Shown piece by piece: positions 1 to 8,653 of a DNA stretch of 64,000 nucleotides. A model generated the notes under the pieces. It made no database searches, was not told where the DNA came from, and saw only the letters and a list, made by a program, of their open reading frames with translations. The stretch is taken from positions 124,001-188,000 of IMG/VR virus record IMGVR_UViG_3300028654_000001; one strand, given 5' to 3'. Numbering within the stretch: position 1 is the stretch's first letter; each line of letters starts with the position of its first letter. A program made the position numbers and the translations under genes.

Positions 1-75
1 GTCGTATAATAAGTAGGATGTTGACCCACACCAGTGATTTTGGTTGAACTAGACTACCTTACCAGCTACATTCGA

Positions 76-207
76 ATGGATCTGCATCAGTTATGCGAGA
101 GGTTAGGTGCCACTAAAAGTAAGGCAACCTCTCGCATACTAGCTAGGTCTTTGAAAATTGATATTAATCAATTAGCTAGCAGCTACCAATTGCACGAGTT
201 TAACTGA
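76..207 (+). CDS. putative 43-aa HTH-like micro-protein
   Basis: Manual translation MDLHQLCERLGATKSKATSRILARSLKIDINQLASSYQLHEFN; below the ORF-track cutoff; TTGAAC-N17-TACATT at 44-72 lies upstream. Confidence 0.3.
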   Translation: MDLHQLCERLGATKSKATSRILARSLKIDINQLASSYQLHEFN

Positions 208-283
208 GTTACCTGAAGTTCGAAACGTAGTTCTCGAGATCAATCCTGTAACTGGTTGGACTCTCTAGTTCTATAGGTGACTA
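208..283 (+). promoter_or_regulatory. CRISPR leader (candidate)
   Basis: Non-coding stretch before the first consensus repeat; degenerate repeats are at the opposite end. Confidence 0.5.
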
Positions 284-2719
284 CTGGGGATCCTTGATTG
301 GATCCCCGTTCATTGAAACTCTCGATACAATGCTCCCAGAGGAAGCCTCTCGGTCAGCTGGGGATCCTTGATTGGATCCCCGTTCATTGAAACAGCTTCG
401 CCACGATGACCGTTTGCGCCTCCCCGTCTTCTGGGGATCCTTGATTGGATCCCCGTTCATTGAAACCCGTAAAGGCGTCAACGTCATCTCGATTCCCATT
501 CTTGCTGGGGATCCTTGATTGGATCCCCGTTCATTGAAACCTTTCAGTGCCGGTTCTCAGAGATGGGGAGAAGGACCTGGGGATCCTTGATTGGATCCCC
601 GTTCATTGAAACGATTGTGTGCAGAACGTCGTCGAGCGCGGTGCGTCCTGGGGATCCTTGATTGGATCCCCGTTCATTGAAACACGGAAACTTGCGGAAG
701 GTCGAATAAAGGGTGAGAACTGGGGATCCTTGATTGGATCCCCGTTCATTGAAACAATGTTGCTGTTTTCCCATCGCCACTCGCAGCGGTCTGGGGATCC
801 TTGATTGGATCCCCGTTCATTGAAACCATCTCGTTGACCATGGTCCCACCCACTACGAGTGGCTGGGGATCCTTGATTGGATCCCCGTTCATTGAAACCA
901 CGCTCTGAGAGGGGCATTCGTTACAGCAATGATGGCTGGGGATCCTTGATTGGATCCCCGTTCATTGAAACAAACGAGTCACGGCAATTGCACCGCGTAC
1001 TGGCCCGAGGTCTGGGGATCCTTGATTGGATCCCCGTTCATTGAAACAGGAGCTCTGCGTCTTGACGTAGGAGGCCTTCAGGCTGGGGATCCTTGATTGG
1101 ATCCCCGTTCATTGAAACCAAGTCCTCAAGTTCCTGCGATTCGCTCCGATCATTCTCTGGGGATCCTTGATTGGATCCCCGTTCATTGAAACGTCAATAA
1201 CCTAATGATTCGGTTCGCAGGCTCTGGGCCTGGGGATCCTTGATTGGATCCCCGTTCATTGAAACGAAGAGTATCATCGCTCGAAGTTTCACCTGTAGCA
1301 GGCTGGGGATCCTTGATTGGATCCCCGTTCATTGAAACGATCCACTGAAGACCCTGACTCCTCGGACTTAGGGCTGGGGATCCTTGATTGGATCCCCGTT
1401 CATTGAAACGGAGCCCTACCTAGTCTGTTCAAGAGCGAGGGAGAGCTGGGGATCCTTGATTGGATCCCCGTTCATTGAAACTGGAACCTTCTTCTGCTCT
1501 ACCGACAGACCGTTGAGCAGCTGGGGATCCTTGATTGGATCCCCGTTCATTGAAACGGCCCTCTTGGGCTGACACCCGGACCCATAAAGATCTGGGGATC
1601 CTTGATTGGATCCCCGTTCATTGAAACTTGGGTTTGATTTTGACTATCCGCTCTCCATAGCAGCTGGGGATCCTTGATTGGATCCCCGTTCATTGAAACG
1701 AGACCAAGACAAGGATTATTCCTCCTCGTCCAGTCTGGGGATCCTTGATTGGATCCCCGTTCATTGAAACACGTCCATGAGTCGCTTGGTCTGATTGGCG
1801 CAAAGTAGCTGGGGATCCTTGATTGGATCCCCGTTCATTGAAACTGGTTGAGGTGAAATCGGTTCGGGCAGCTCGTTGGCTGGGGATCCTTGATTGGATC
1901 CCCGTTCATTGAAACACTCAGCTCCCGAACTCGTTCGAGTCGCTCACGGACTGGGGATCCTTGATTGGATCCCCGTTCATTGAAACGACAGTAGCAACGC
2001 GTCCGAGGGCGGGAACTCTTGGCTGGGGATCCTTGATTGGATCCCCGTTCATTGAAACCTAATGATCGTGCCGAGCACCACGCTCGCTTGGATCTGGGGA
2101 TCCTTGATTGGATCCCCGTTCATTGAAACAAACGAGTCGGTCAACGATGTAGTACCAGTGACTGGGGATCCTTGATTGGATCCCCGTTCATTGAAACGAG
2201 TACCGCTATGATGCAACCGAGTGCGGCAGCCGACTGGGGATCCTTGATTGGATCCCCGTTCATTGAAACAAACCATCTCGCACCGTGACAACAGCCGAAC
2301 TGAACAACGGCTGGGGATCTCTCTGATGAGGTCCCCGATCATTGAAACAAACTACCCCCGCCTCACCCTTTGCGATTCGCCACAAGGCGCTGGGGACCCA
2401 TGATTGGGTCCCCGATCATTGAAACAAACTGGGATAACTACCTTCAAATTCTTGAAACCTTCAGGTCTGGGGACCCATGATTGGGTCCCCGATCATTGAA
2501 ACCTGCGAGTTCGGAACTCTACGGCTGTGGGTGGCGATCCCTGGGGACCCAATCATGGATCCCCGATCATTGAAATAAAATTGTGAATTCTATTAGGCTT
2601 ATCTCACAAAGTTTTGGGGGTCCCTAATGGGGGTCCCCGATCATTGAAATGATATTGCTCCGACCCTACCACCAGCAGAATTTCTTTGGGATCCATGATT
2701 GGGTCCCGTTCATTTAAAC
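284..2719 (+). CRISPR. CRISPR array, 34 repeats / 33 spacers, class-1-type hairpin repeat
   Basis: 28 identical 36-nt repeats CTGGGGATCCTTGATTGGATCCCCGTTCATTGAAAC (284-2269) plus 6 variant repeats (2311-2719); spacers about 32-41 nt; 8-bp stem GGGGATCC/GGATCCCC; the 3' ATTGAAAC end and right-hand degeneration indicate + orientation. Confidence 0.99.
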
Positions 2720-2742
2720 AACCATAATCAATGGATTACACT

Positions 2743-3459
2743 TCAGTAGTGAAGCTTCTCGTTGAGCTCGTTGATGAGCTCCTGCTCACGAGGTGAGATA
2801 GTTACCCGTAGTCGGATACCAACCCGCCTTGCTGTTTCGAGTATTGCTGCATCAGTCATGGTCATAAAGTTGGTGGCCTGATCTTCAATCAAGGTCCAGT
2901 TAGGGGTGTTGTTGAGGAACCTGAATGCTATCAGCGTACAGTACTCGGCCTTCTCAGTGGTACTGAGGCTACTTTGAGTCTCAGGGATCTCTTTTGTACC
3001 AGGCTCTCGAGAGGGTCTGATCTCATCCCAACACTCTTCAATTGGTTCGTCAGCCATCAGAAAACACCTCGAGTCACTTGAGCTATGGGATCTTTCAACA
3101 GTAGTCATTTTTTTGTATCCAGGTCGTGACATTTCTCTTACCAGAGCCTCGTCGGAGTACCTCAGCTTCTGAGTCCTCCACGAGTCCTCAACTACGCGTT
3201 GACCTGCAGGCCTCCACCGAGCAGGTGTGTCAGGGTCACCATGGATGTCTTCAACCTCTGGAGGGATCAGGCACTTGGTGAAGAGCCAGTCCAAACAGAA
3301 CTCACATACACTGAACTTGTACTTAGTACAATCATCAAGGGCACCCGCTCCGTTCCCAGGTGTCGAGTGAAAGCTCCCTTGGACCTCAGCGTCGACAAGT
3401 CCTACTCGTGGAGTGTTCGGTTCTAGTTGTAATGAGTGTCCACATACATTACAGGTCAC
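2743..3459 (-). CDS. hypothetical, CxxC zinc-finger N-terminus plus internal IESYW-type tag (possible fusion)
   Basis: ORF track; CNVC...CEFC; internal MADEPIEECWDEIRP from 3057. Confidence 0.75.
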   Translation of the reverse strand: MTCNVCGHSLQLEPNTPRVGLVDAEVQGSFHSTPGNGAGALDDCTKYKFSVCEFCLDWLFTKCLIPPEVEDIHGDPDTPARWRPAGQRVVEDSWRTQKLRYSDEALVREMSRPGYKKMTTVERSHSSSDSRCFLMADEPIEECWDEIRPSREPGTKEIPETQSSLSTTEKAEYCTLIAFRFLNNTPNWTLIEDQATNFMTMTDAAILETARRVGIRLRVTISPREQELINELNEKLHY

Positions 3460-3826
3460 TTAGTAGCCTTTCAAATCGGGTTGGTCGAGAACCTCTATAA
3501 GTCTCAGGACTCTCGTTTAGATAGGTATCGAGAATATCCAGAGCTAGATCACTCCAGTACTTCCTAGAGTTCAACTTCCTCATGGTCGGATCAGGGTTGG
3601 CCCTGTTGAACTTCACTCCAGTACTCTTGCACCCCCAGATACCAGTGTAGGTGACAATATTCGGGTCAGATTTCATATTGCGAAGATAGGCGACAAACCA
3701 AACTCTCTGAGGGTTTCGACCTAAGTCTACTACGATAGTCACCTTGTACAGCTTGGAGGCCTCAGAATCTCTGACGATAATATCCCGAACTTGTTGAATT
3801 CGTTGGTCTAGAACTTCAAGAGGCAT
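3449..3826 (-). CDS. hypothetical with C-terminal PTRFER tag
   Basis: Ends RPTRFERLLSDL; overlaps neighbours by a few nt. Confidence 0.85.
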   Translation of the reverse strand: MPLEVLDQRIQQVRDIIVRDSEASKLYKVTIVVDLGRNPQRVWFVAYLRNMKSDPNIVTYTGIWGCKSTGVKFNRANPDPTMRKLNSRKYWSDLALDILDTYLNESPETYRGSRPTRFERLLSDL

Positions 3827-4322
3827 CACTCTCGTCCTTGATGATCCGCTCGAATCGCGTGGGCCTGGACTCTACAGGTGGACTACCCGTAGCTCTAACT
3901 AAGTGAGCATGACGTAGATCCATATATAGATAGCTTGTTGGTCCACAGTTATCGCAATAACAAGGACCTATGGGTATAATGTAGTTCTCTGCACTCAAGG
4001 GAGTCTCAGTGAGGAATCCCATACCCATAAATGGTTGCAAGTCAGGTGACTCGCTAATCTCGTTCATCATGGTGGTAGACTCCGATTGGATACGCTCGAA
4101 GTCTTCATCAGTATACACTCCCGGATCAGTGGTATCTAATACGTTGGTGGTTACTTGGAAAGGTCCGCAGCGAGTAGTAACCTCCACACGACCCTCTTGA
4201 ACCGTTGAGACTCTTGTAGCCAATTGATTACAGATGCAGCAACGAACGGCGTACTTCTCAAGGAGTTCCTTGGTGGTGAGGATCATCAAGTCAATCATCC
4301 GGATATTGGTAGTAGCCGACAA
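3816..4322 (-). CDS. Cys-rich hypothetical with C-terminal PTRFER tag
   Basis: CCICN...CYCDNC; ends RPTRFERIIKDESDAS. Confidence 0.85.
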   Translation of the reverse strand: MSATTNIRMIDLMILTTKELLEKYAVRCCICNQLATRVSTVQEGRVEVTTRCGPFQVTTNVLDTTDPGVYTDEDFERIQSESTTMMNEISESPDLQPFMGMGFLTETPLSAENYIIPIGPCYCDNCGPTSYLYMDLRHAHLVRATGSPPVESRPTRFERIIKDESDAS

Positions 4323-4824
4323 TGTTGATCAACTTTTCAATGAACTTGTAGGCACCAACAATAACGTCATCACTTTGGCTCACACTCTCAGGGCCACTTA
4401 TCTGATGGTCATCGGTGAAAGTGGTGATCACCTTCTCAAGGGATCTGAGTTGAGCCAGGGTAAGAGACTTTCGCACTCGAGGAACATTAACCCCGAAGTC
4501 CATGGGTTCTAGATCAGAGTTAACAATCGGAATCCCGAGCTCACGAGCTCGTTTGACCTCCCTCTTGACCCCCGATGAGGATTCCCAGCCCGGGACAAGC
4601 ACTAGGAGGTCACAGGTCTCTAGTAGGTCCAGAGCTGCCTCCAACCAGAACTCGTAGTCCTGAGTGTCAGCAAAGGGGCTCCAGAACACGTTTGGACAGA
4701 CCGGTACCCAGCCCGCCTTAAGTACGTCGGAGATCACCAGTCGAGCCTTGGAGATGTTCTCCTCAATCTCATCAGCAGAGCCACTATAAGCACCGGAGAC
4801 GAAAGCACGTCCTTTTGTCTTCAT
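4291..4824 (-). CDS. DUF4406/DUF1937-like (nucleoside 2-deoxyribosyltransferase-fold) protein
   Basis: FVSGAYSG...CPN...W...CDLLVLVPGWESSSGVKREVKRARELGIPI, recognised from memory. Confidence 0.75.
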   Translation of the reverse strand: MKTKGRAFVSGAYSGSADEIEENISKARLVISDVLKAGWVPVCPNVFWSPFADTQDYEFWLEAALDLLETCDLLVLVPGWESSSGVKREVKRARELGIPIVNSDLEPMDFGVNVPRVRKSLTLAQLRSLEKVITTFTDDHQISGPESVSQSDDVIVGAYKFIEKLINIVGYYQYPDD

Positions 4825-4970
4825 AGATCACCGAGCTCCAATACTCATACATTCAGTCACTGAGACGTGTTCTATGGGCCAAAAGAGAATGACGGTAAGA
4901 GTAGCTCTATCACTCGCATTGTCAACTCCTGAGACGTAGGGGTTCGACTAGCTTAGCAGGGTACCCTACC

Positions 4971-5261
4971 TCAAGAAGCCTTGGCCCCTTCGAAGGGCTT
5001 CATCTCCTGGCACTTGGTAGCGATCGGGGGCAGGTTCGGAAGCTGAGTCTGACATGCTTGATAGAGAGTGTACGCAAGATTAGTGAGTTGAGCTAACGCA
5101 ATGACTTGCCCTTCACTCTCGGTTTTTCTGGATTGCCCTTTGATTAAACTTATGAGGTGTAGATAGTAGTTGATCGCATCATCCCCTCTGATGAAGACCC
5201 CACGCCAATCATCACCAAACCTCATGCCACCGGTCTCTGGTCGTTCCTGTTCATCATTCAT
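4971..5261 (-). CDS. hypothetical phage protein (MRFGDDWRGVFIRGDDA motif)
   Basis: 3' part of the track ORF; start chosen at the ATG coupled to the upstream stop. Confidence 0.7.
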   Translation of the reverse strand: MNDEQERPETGGMRFGDDWRGVFIRGDDAINYYLHLISLIKGQSRKTESEGQVIALAQLTNLAYTLYQACQTQLPNLPPIATKCQEMKPFEGAKAS

Positions 5262-5760
5262 TTTCATCATCCTCGAGTATGCGGTCAAAACGAGTAGGCC
5301 TGACCTGCTCGGTAGCAGAGAGTCCAACGTTGGTAGCCCTGCGAACCATAGGGGCAATCTCAAGCTCTTGGTACTGTAGTGCCTCGTAGACCCCAGTGTG
5401 GGTATCACAGAAGAAGGGACCTTGATCGAAGGACCAGGATTGAACCTCAGCCCCAAAACCCAAGTTTGGGATCTCCTCACCTATGGCGGCCAGCTCACGC
5501 TGAATCCAACTTACAGTACGTCTACCAATATCCTCCATAGTCAAGTGATCACTTCTGAAAATCTCTGAGGAGGTCATTCGCTGACGGCTTAGTGCGGCGG
5601 TCGGTGTCCAAGCAAACTTGGACAGCTCACCCATCTTGATTCGTAAAATCTGGATGTCGGGAGCGAGGTCTCGATACCTCCGAGTAGCCATGGCTCCGCA
5701 AACACTGCAATGAGGAGCTATATCAACGAGTAGGTTGTAGAGTGCAAAGGTGTCAGGCAT
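5254..5760 (-). CDS. Cys-rich hypothetical with C-terminal PTRFDR tag
   Basis: CSVCG; ends RPTRFDRILEDDENE; resembles the 3816-4322 architecture. Confidence 0.85.
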   Translation of the reverse strand: MPDTFALYNLLVDIAPHCSVCGAMATRRYRDLAPDIQILRIKMGELSKFAWTPTAALSRQRMTSSEIFRSDHLTMEDIGRRTVSWIQRELAAIGEEIPNLGFGAEVQSWSFDQGPFFCDTHTGVYEALQYQELEIAPMVRRATNVGLSATEQVRPTRFDRILEDDENE

Positions 5761-5778
5761 GTTCGAGTCTTGGGTGTA

Positions 5779-5994
5779 CTAGTCTGTTTTCTGACACTTG
5801 GGGCATTGAGGTACCACCCCCTGACCCGAGTAATTATGGAGCTTACACACCCAACTACGCCAGGGAGCCCTCGCATTGACAGAGTTGTTGATGAAGTAGA
5901 CTAGAGCACATGCTTGATCAGAGTGGTTGCAATTGGCAGCTAGTTTTTTGATCTCATCAAGAAGATCCCTATCACTTACTTCTTTGGTTGGCAT
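5779..5994 (-). CDS. small Cys-rich hypothetical
   Basis: 3' part of the track ORF; CxxxxC and CPKC motifs. Confidence 0.6.
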   Translation of the reverse strand: MPTKEVSDRDLLDEIKKLAANCNHSDQACALVYFINNSVNARAPWRSWVCKLHNYSGQGVVPQCPKCQKTD

Positions 5995-6280
5995 GATCAT
6001 TCTCGTCGGGTGAGGGGCATTTGTATCCTGGGTAGTTGGCGTTTGGTGGCTCATTGCTGAGCCTGAGTAGGTAGAGGGTCTCACTAACCACTTGCTCGAG
6101 ATCTATGGAATCGAAAGGGAATGCACCAGGCTTGGTTCCCTCTCTGTCGAGTCTAGCACCCCAGTCTGGGGCCATTAGTCCTCGCTCGTCTAGGTCATTG
6201 ATGAGCTGGACACCTAGCAAGCGTAGTTGGGACCTCAGGATGATTCGAGCCGTTTCCAAGTCAATTGGCGGTGCTTCCAC
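5972..6280 (-). CDS. hypothetical protein
   Basis: ORF track; fits the minus-strand gene train. Confidence 0.6.
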   Translation of the reverse strand: MEAPPIDLETARIILRSQLRLLGVQLINDLDERGLMAPDWGARLDREGTKPGAFPFDSIDLEQVVSETLYLLRLSNEPPNANYPGYKCPSPDENDHANQRSK

Positions 6281-6361
6281 ACGTGTACCTTACCTGGATT
6301 TGGGCGGGAGTTCAACGAGTAAGTACTTGCTGAGTACCAGAACTTCAGATAATCTTCCTTG

Positions 6362-6640
6362 ATGCTCACTGCTTGGCTGGCCAGACGCCGAAAAGAGAAG
6401 GCAGCTAAACTGGAGAAGGACTGGCTCCTCAAGCGAGATGGTTTTATCTGCTACTGTAGAGAGTGCGGAGCTACTTTGAATAATGCCTGTCAGGTCATCG
6501 ACGAGGATCGATGTCAGTTCAGATGCCCGTGCGGGATGACCAGCATATTCGGGTTCCTTAACTATCCGGTCCCCATACTGTTCTCCTGCTCCCCCGACGA
6601 CCAATTCCCACCCAAAGATGTTGCTCCGATTCTCCCGTGA
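6362..6640 (+). CDS. zinc-ribbon protein
   Basis: CRECG...CPCG; TTGCTG-N17-TAATCT lies 6 nt before the ATG. Confidence 0.7.
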   Translation: MLTAWLARRRKEKAAKLEKDWLLKRDGFICYCRECGATLNNACQVIDEDRCQFRCPCGMTSIFGFLNYPVPILFSCSPDDQFPPKDVAPILP

Positions 6641-6642
6641 GC

Positions 6643-7161
6643 TCACTCATCACTAGGGCCGTACAACCCCTCAATAACCTTCTGGACGTGTATTCCATTC
6701 TCAGTCCTAGGAATGAAGAGTACGATCCGTAACCTATTGAATTTGTATAGAGTATACTGCTCGAGAGTGGTGTCAGCCTTTACAATGTCAGCCTTTGGGT
6801 CAAGGTTCTCCAGGTGATTCACCCGGTCTATGTGGTAGAGTGCCTTGTTTAGGTCAATCACGCTTGCAAATTTGATGATTGTACCCTCGAAGTTACATCG
6901 AACTGGCAACCCAGTAGACGATCCCTTGTAGCACCCAAATAGTTCAGGACTTGTTGGGTAGAATCTCCATTGAGATTCGTGACTCCAAGATTCGAATGCC
7001 CAAGGAGTACCTTCCTGACAGTTGGTAGTTATCCCATTGCTTTGGAGGGTAGTGCAGATGTCCTTAGGTGTGACTTCTATAGTATTAGAGTACCAGCTAA
7101 ATCCTAGGTTGGATAGGCCAATCAGGACGACTGCTAGTAGACTGAGTGCTTTGGTTGCCAT
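6643..7161 (-). CDS. secreted or membrane-anchored hypothetical
   Basis: N-terminal hydrophobic segment ALSLLAVVLIGL; start placed by the promoter motif. Confidence 0.8.
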   Translation of the reverse strand: MATKALSLLAVVLIGLSNLGFSWYSNTIEVTPKDICTTLQSNGITTNCQEGTPWAFESWSHESQWRFYPTSPELFGCYKGSSTGLPVRCNFEGTIIKFASVIDLNKALYHIDRVNHLENLDPKADIVKADTTLEQYTLYKFNRLRIVLFIPRTENGIHVQKVIEGLYGPSDE

Positions 7162-7169
7162 GTCACTCA

Positions 7170-7198
7170 ATACTACATATCGGGGGTTAGGATCTCAC
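7170..7198 (-). promoter_or_regulatory. class-I promoter motif
   Basis: GTGAGA-N17-TAGTAT, ATG 8 nt downstream. Confidence 0.75.
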
Positions 7199-7211
7199 TA
7201 CTTATTCTGGA

Positions 7212-7505
7212 TTAGGCCTCCCCGACAACCGACTTCCCACCAAAGATGTTGTCCCAGTTCTCCCGGTAGGCTCGACTGTTGACCAGGGGAGGTCTACCGA
7301 CGGGCTCCTCTGATATGATCCTGTGAAGAGGACCTTCAACCCTCTCAAGGTGGAGCTTGGCATCAAAAATACCACCAGGGACTGACTCCAAGTCCCGATA
7401 GAGCCTACCTGACTGGACCCCGTTCTCGTCAATATGAAGGGCCTTGCACCCACCCTCAATTTCTGGGCCTAAGACAACATAACCCTTGTCATCGTCATCT
7501 TTCAT
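7212..7505 (-). CDS. hypothetical protein
   Basis: ORF track; ends AYRENWDNIFGGK. Confidence 0.7.
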   Translation of the reverse strand: MKDDDDKGYVVLGPEIEGGCKALHIDENGVQSGRLYRDLESVPGGIFDAKLHLERVEGPLHRIISEEPVGRPPLVNSRAYRENWDNIFGGKSVVGEA

Positions 7506-7552
7506 TGGGATCCGCCACAACAACCCTACGTGAAACAAACAGAGTTGTCAAA

Positions 7553-7876
7553 TTACTTGACGAGTCGAAGTTTACGAGGTTGCTTGACTTCATTTACCCT
7601 CATCCTTCTCGGTCCCTCGTAGTCAGTGCAAACCTCGGAAGACTTCAGATCCCGTCTGACCCAAAGTTGATCAGCGGTGTTGACAGTAATCGATAAGACA
7701 TCGGTTTTATGAAACTTCCCATAGAAGCACCTCACTATGTGGTCCCTGAAGCACTTGCTAACCCAATGGAGGGCAAATTGCTCCTCATCTGGCGACTTAT
7801 CGATGCTCTTCTTAAGATCTTCACCTATGTTGACTCTATAGGGGTGGGGTCGCCACTTGCAGTCGTTGCAATTCAT
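7553..7876 (-). CDS. Cys-rich hypothetical ending in KLRLVK
   Basis: CNDC N-terminus; C-terminal LRLVK. Confidence 0.75.
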   Translation of the reverse strand: MNCNDCKWRPHPYRVNIGEDLKKSIDKSPDEEQFALHWVSKCFRDHIVRCFYGKFHKTDVLSITVNTADQLWVRRDLKSSEVCTDYEGPRRMRVNEVKQPRKLRLVK

Positions 7877-7885
7877 TTGGGTGAC

Positions 7886-8131
7886 TCAGGGCTCCTCGAA
7901 GATGTGGAGCTTGCCAACAGGAACGTCCTCACAACGCACCGTAGCCATCGTCTGGAGACTGGTACCCCAACCAGAGGTAGCGAAGCATATAGGTGCCCCA
8001 GGGTACTTCATGAAGGTAATGCTGTTAGGAGTCGGATTCCTTGACCTGTAGCTCAGGTAGGCCACTAGAATGGAAAGTGTCCCAACAATTACCAAACCAA
8101 CTATCAACTTTACTCTGAACATACTGATCAC
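7886..8131 (-). CDS. small membrane-anchored protein
   Basis: N-terminal hydrophobic helix LIVGLVIVGTLSILVAYL. Confidence 0.75.
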   Translation of the reverse strand: MISMFRVKLIVGLVIVGTLSILVAYLSYRSRNPTPNSITFMKYPGAPICFATSGWGTSLQTMATVRCEDVPVGKLHIFEEP

Positions 8132-8496
8132 ATCCCTAGGTTCTCCAACTCGAGTAAGATCTGGTCAGGCTCATTGGTTAACCTAGTGGCAGTTATACGC
8201 CTACGACTAAGACTCTGAAAGTAACTCCATAACGGACCTGAAGGTGTTTTACTTGCATCCGATCGTTTGATCATGAACAACATACCACAAGAGCACTTGA
8301 ACCATATCTCTTGTTCCACTACGGTGATTTCTCCGTGGCCTTGAAAACTATGGTTAGCAGCTGCACGCAATAAAATAGGAATAGTGGTGAAGGTTGGTAT
8401 CCCAAGATTAGCCTCAGGCACCTTGGGGGATGCTGGTGGGAGTCGACCAGGACGGATCACCATCCACATAGATTCGATGTCATCGTCCTGAGTCAC
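8128..8496 (-). CDS. hypothetical with N-terminal IESYW-type tag
   Basis: MTQDDDIESMWMVIRP; H...CSC zinc-like motif. Confidence 0.85.
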   Translation of the reverse strand: MTQDDDIESMWMVIRPGRLPPASPKVPEANLGIPTFTTIPILLRAAANHSFQGHGEITVVEQEIWFKCSCGMLFMIKRSDASKTPSGPLWSYFQSLSRRRITATRLTNEPDQILLELENLGM

Positions 8497-8603
8497 TTAC
8501 CCCCCAAGTACTCGAGTACGCAGCATCTGTAGTGGTGCGGATCATACCCAGCTTGAAAGCTGAACTGCCTATGACAGTAAGTGTCCTGTACAAGATAGAT
8601 CAT
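8493..8603 (-). CDS. 36-aa micro-ORF
   Basis: Manual translation MIYLVQDTYCHRQFSFQAGYDPHHYRCCVLEYLGGK; stop overlaps the GTG of the next gene. Confidence 0.45.
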   Translation of the reverse strand: MIYLVQDTYCHRQFSFQAGYDPHHYRCCVLEYLGGK

Positions 8604-8653
8604 TAGGCCTATACCTATGCCTAGTATCAAGAATACAAAAGGGTAGTACTTTA

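Noticed and set aside
281-2342. ORF-track ORFs with repeated VSMNGDPIKDPQ / FNERGSNQGSP
   Set aside because: Translations of CRISPR repeats and spacers, not genes
2577-2614. AT-rich spacer 32 with TTGTGA...TCACAA inverted repeat and GTGAGA on the minus strand
   Set aside because: No matching -10 element at 17 nt; a single occurrence in the decayed trailer is compatible with chance
320-2683. Self-targeting of spacers within the window
   Set aside because: No match found by eye; a computational search is needed, so no claim is made
4925-4970. GGTTCGA T-loop-like sequence
   Set aside because: No T-stem closure or cloverleaf
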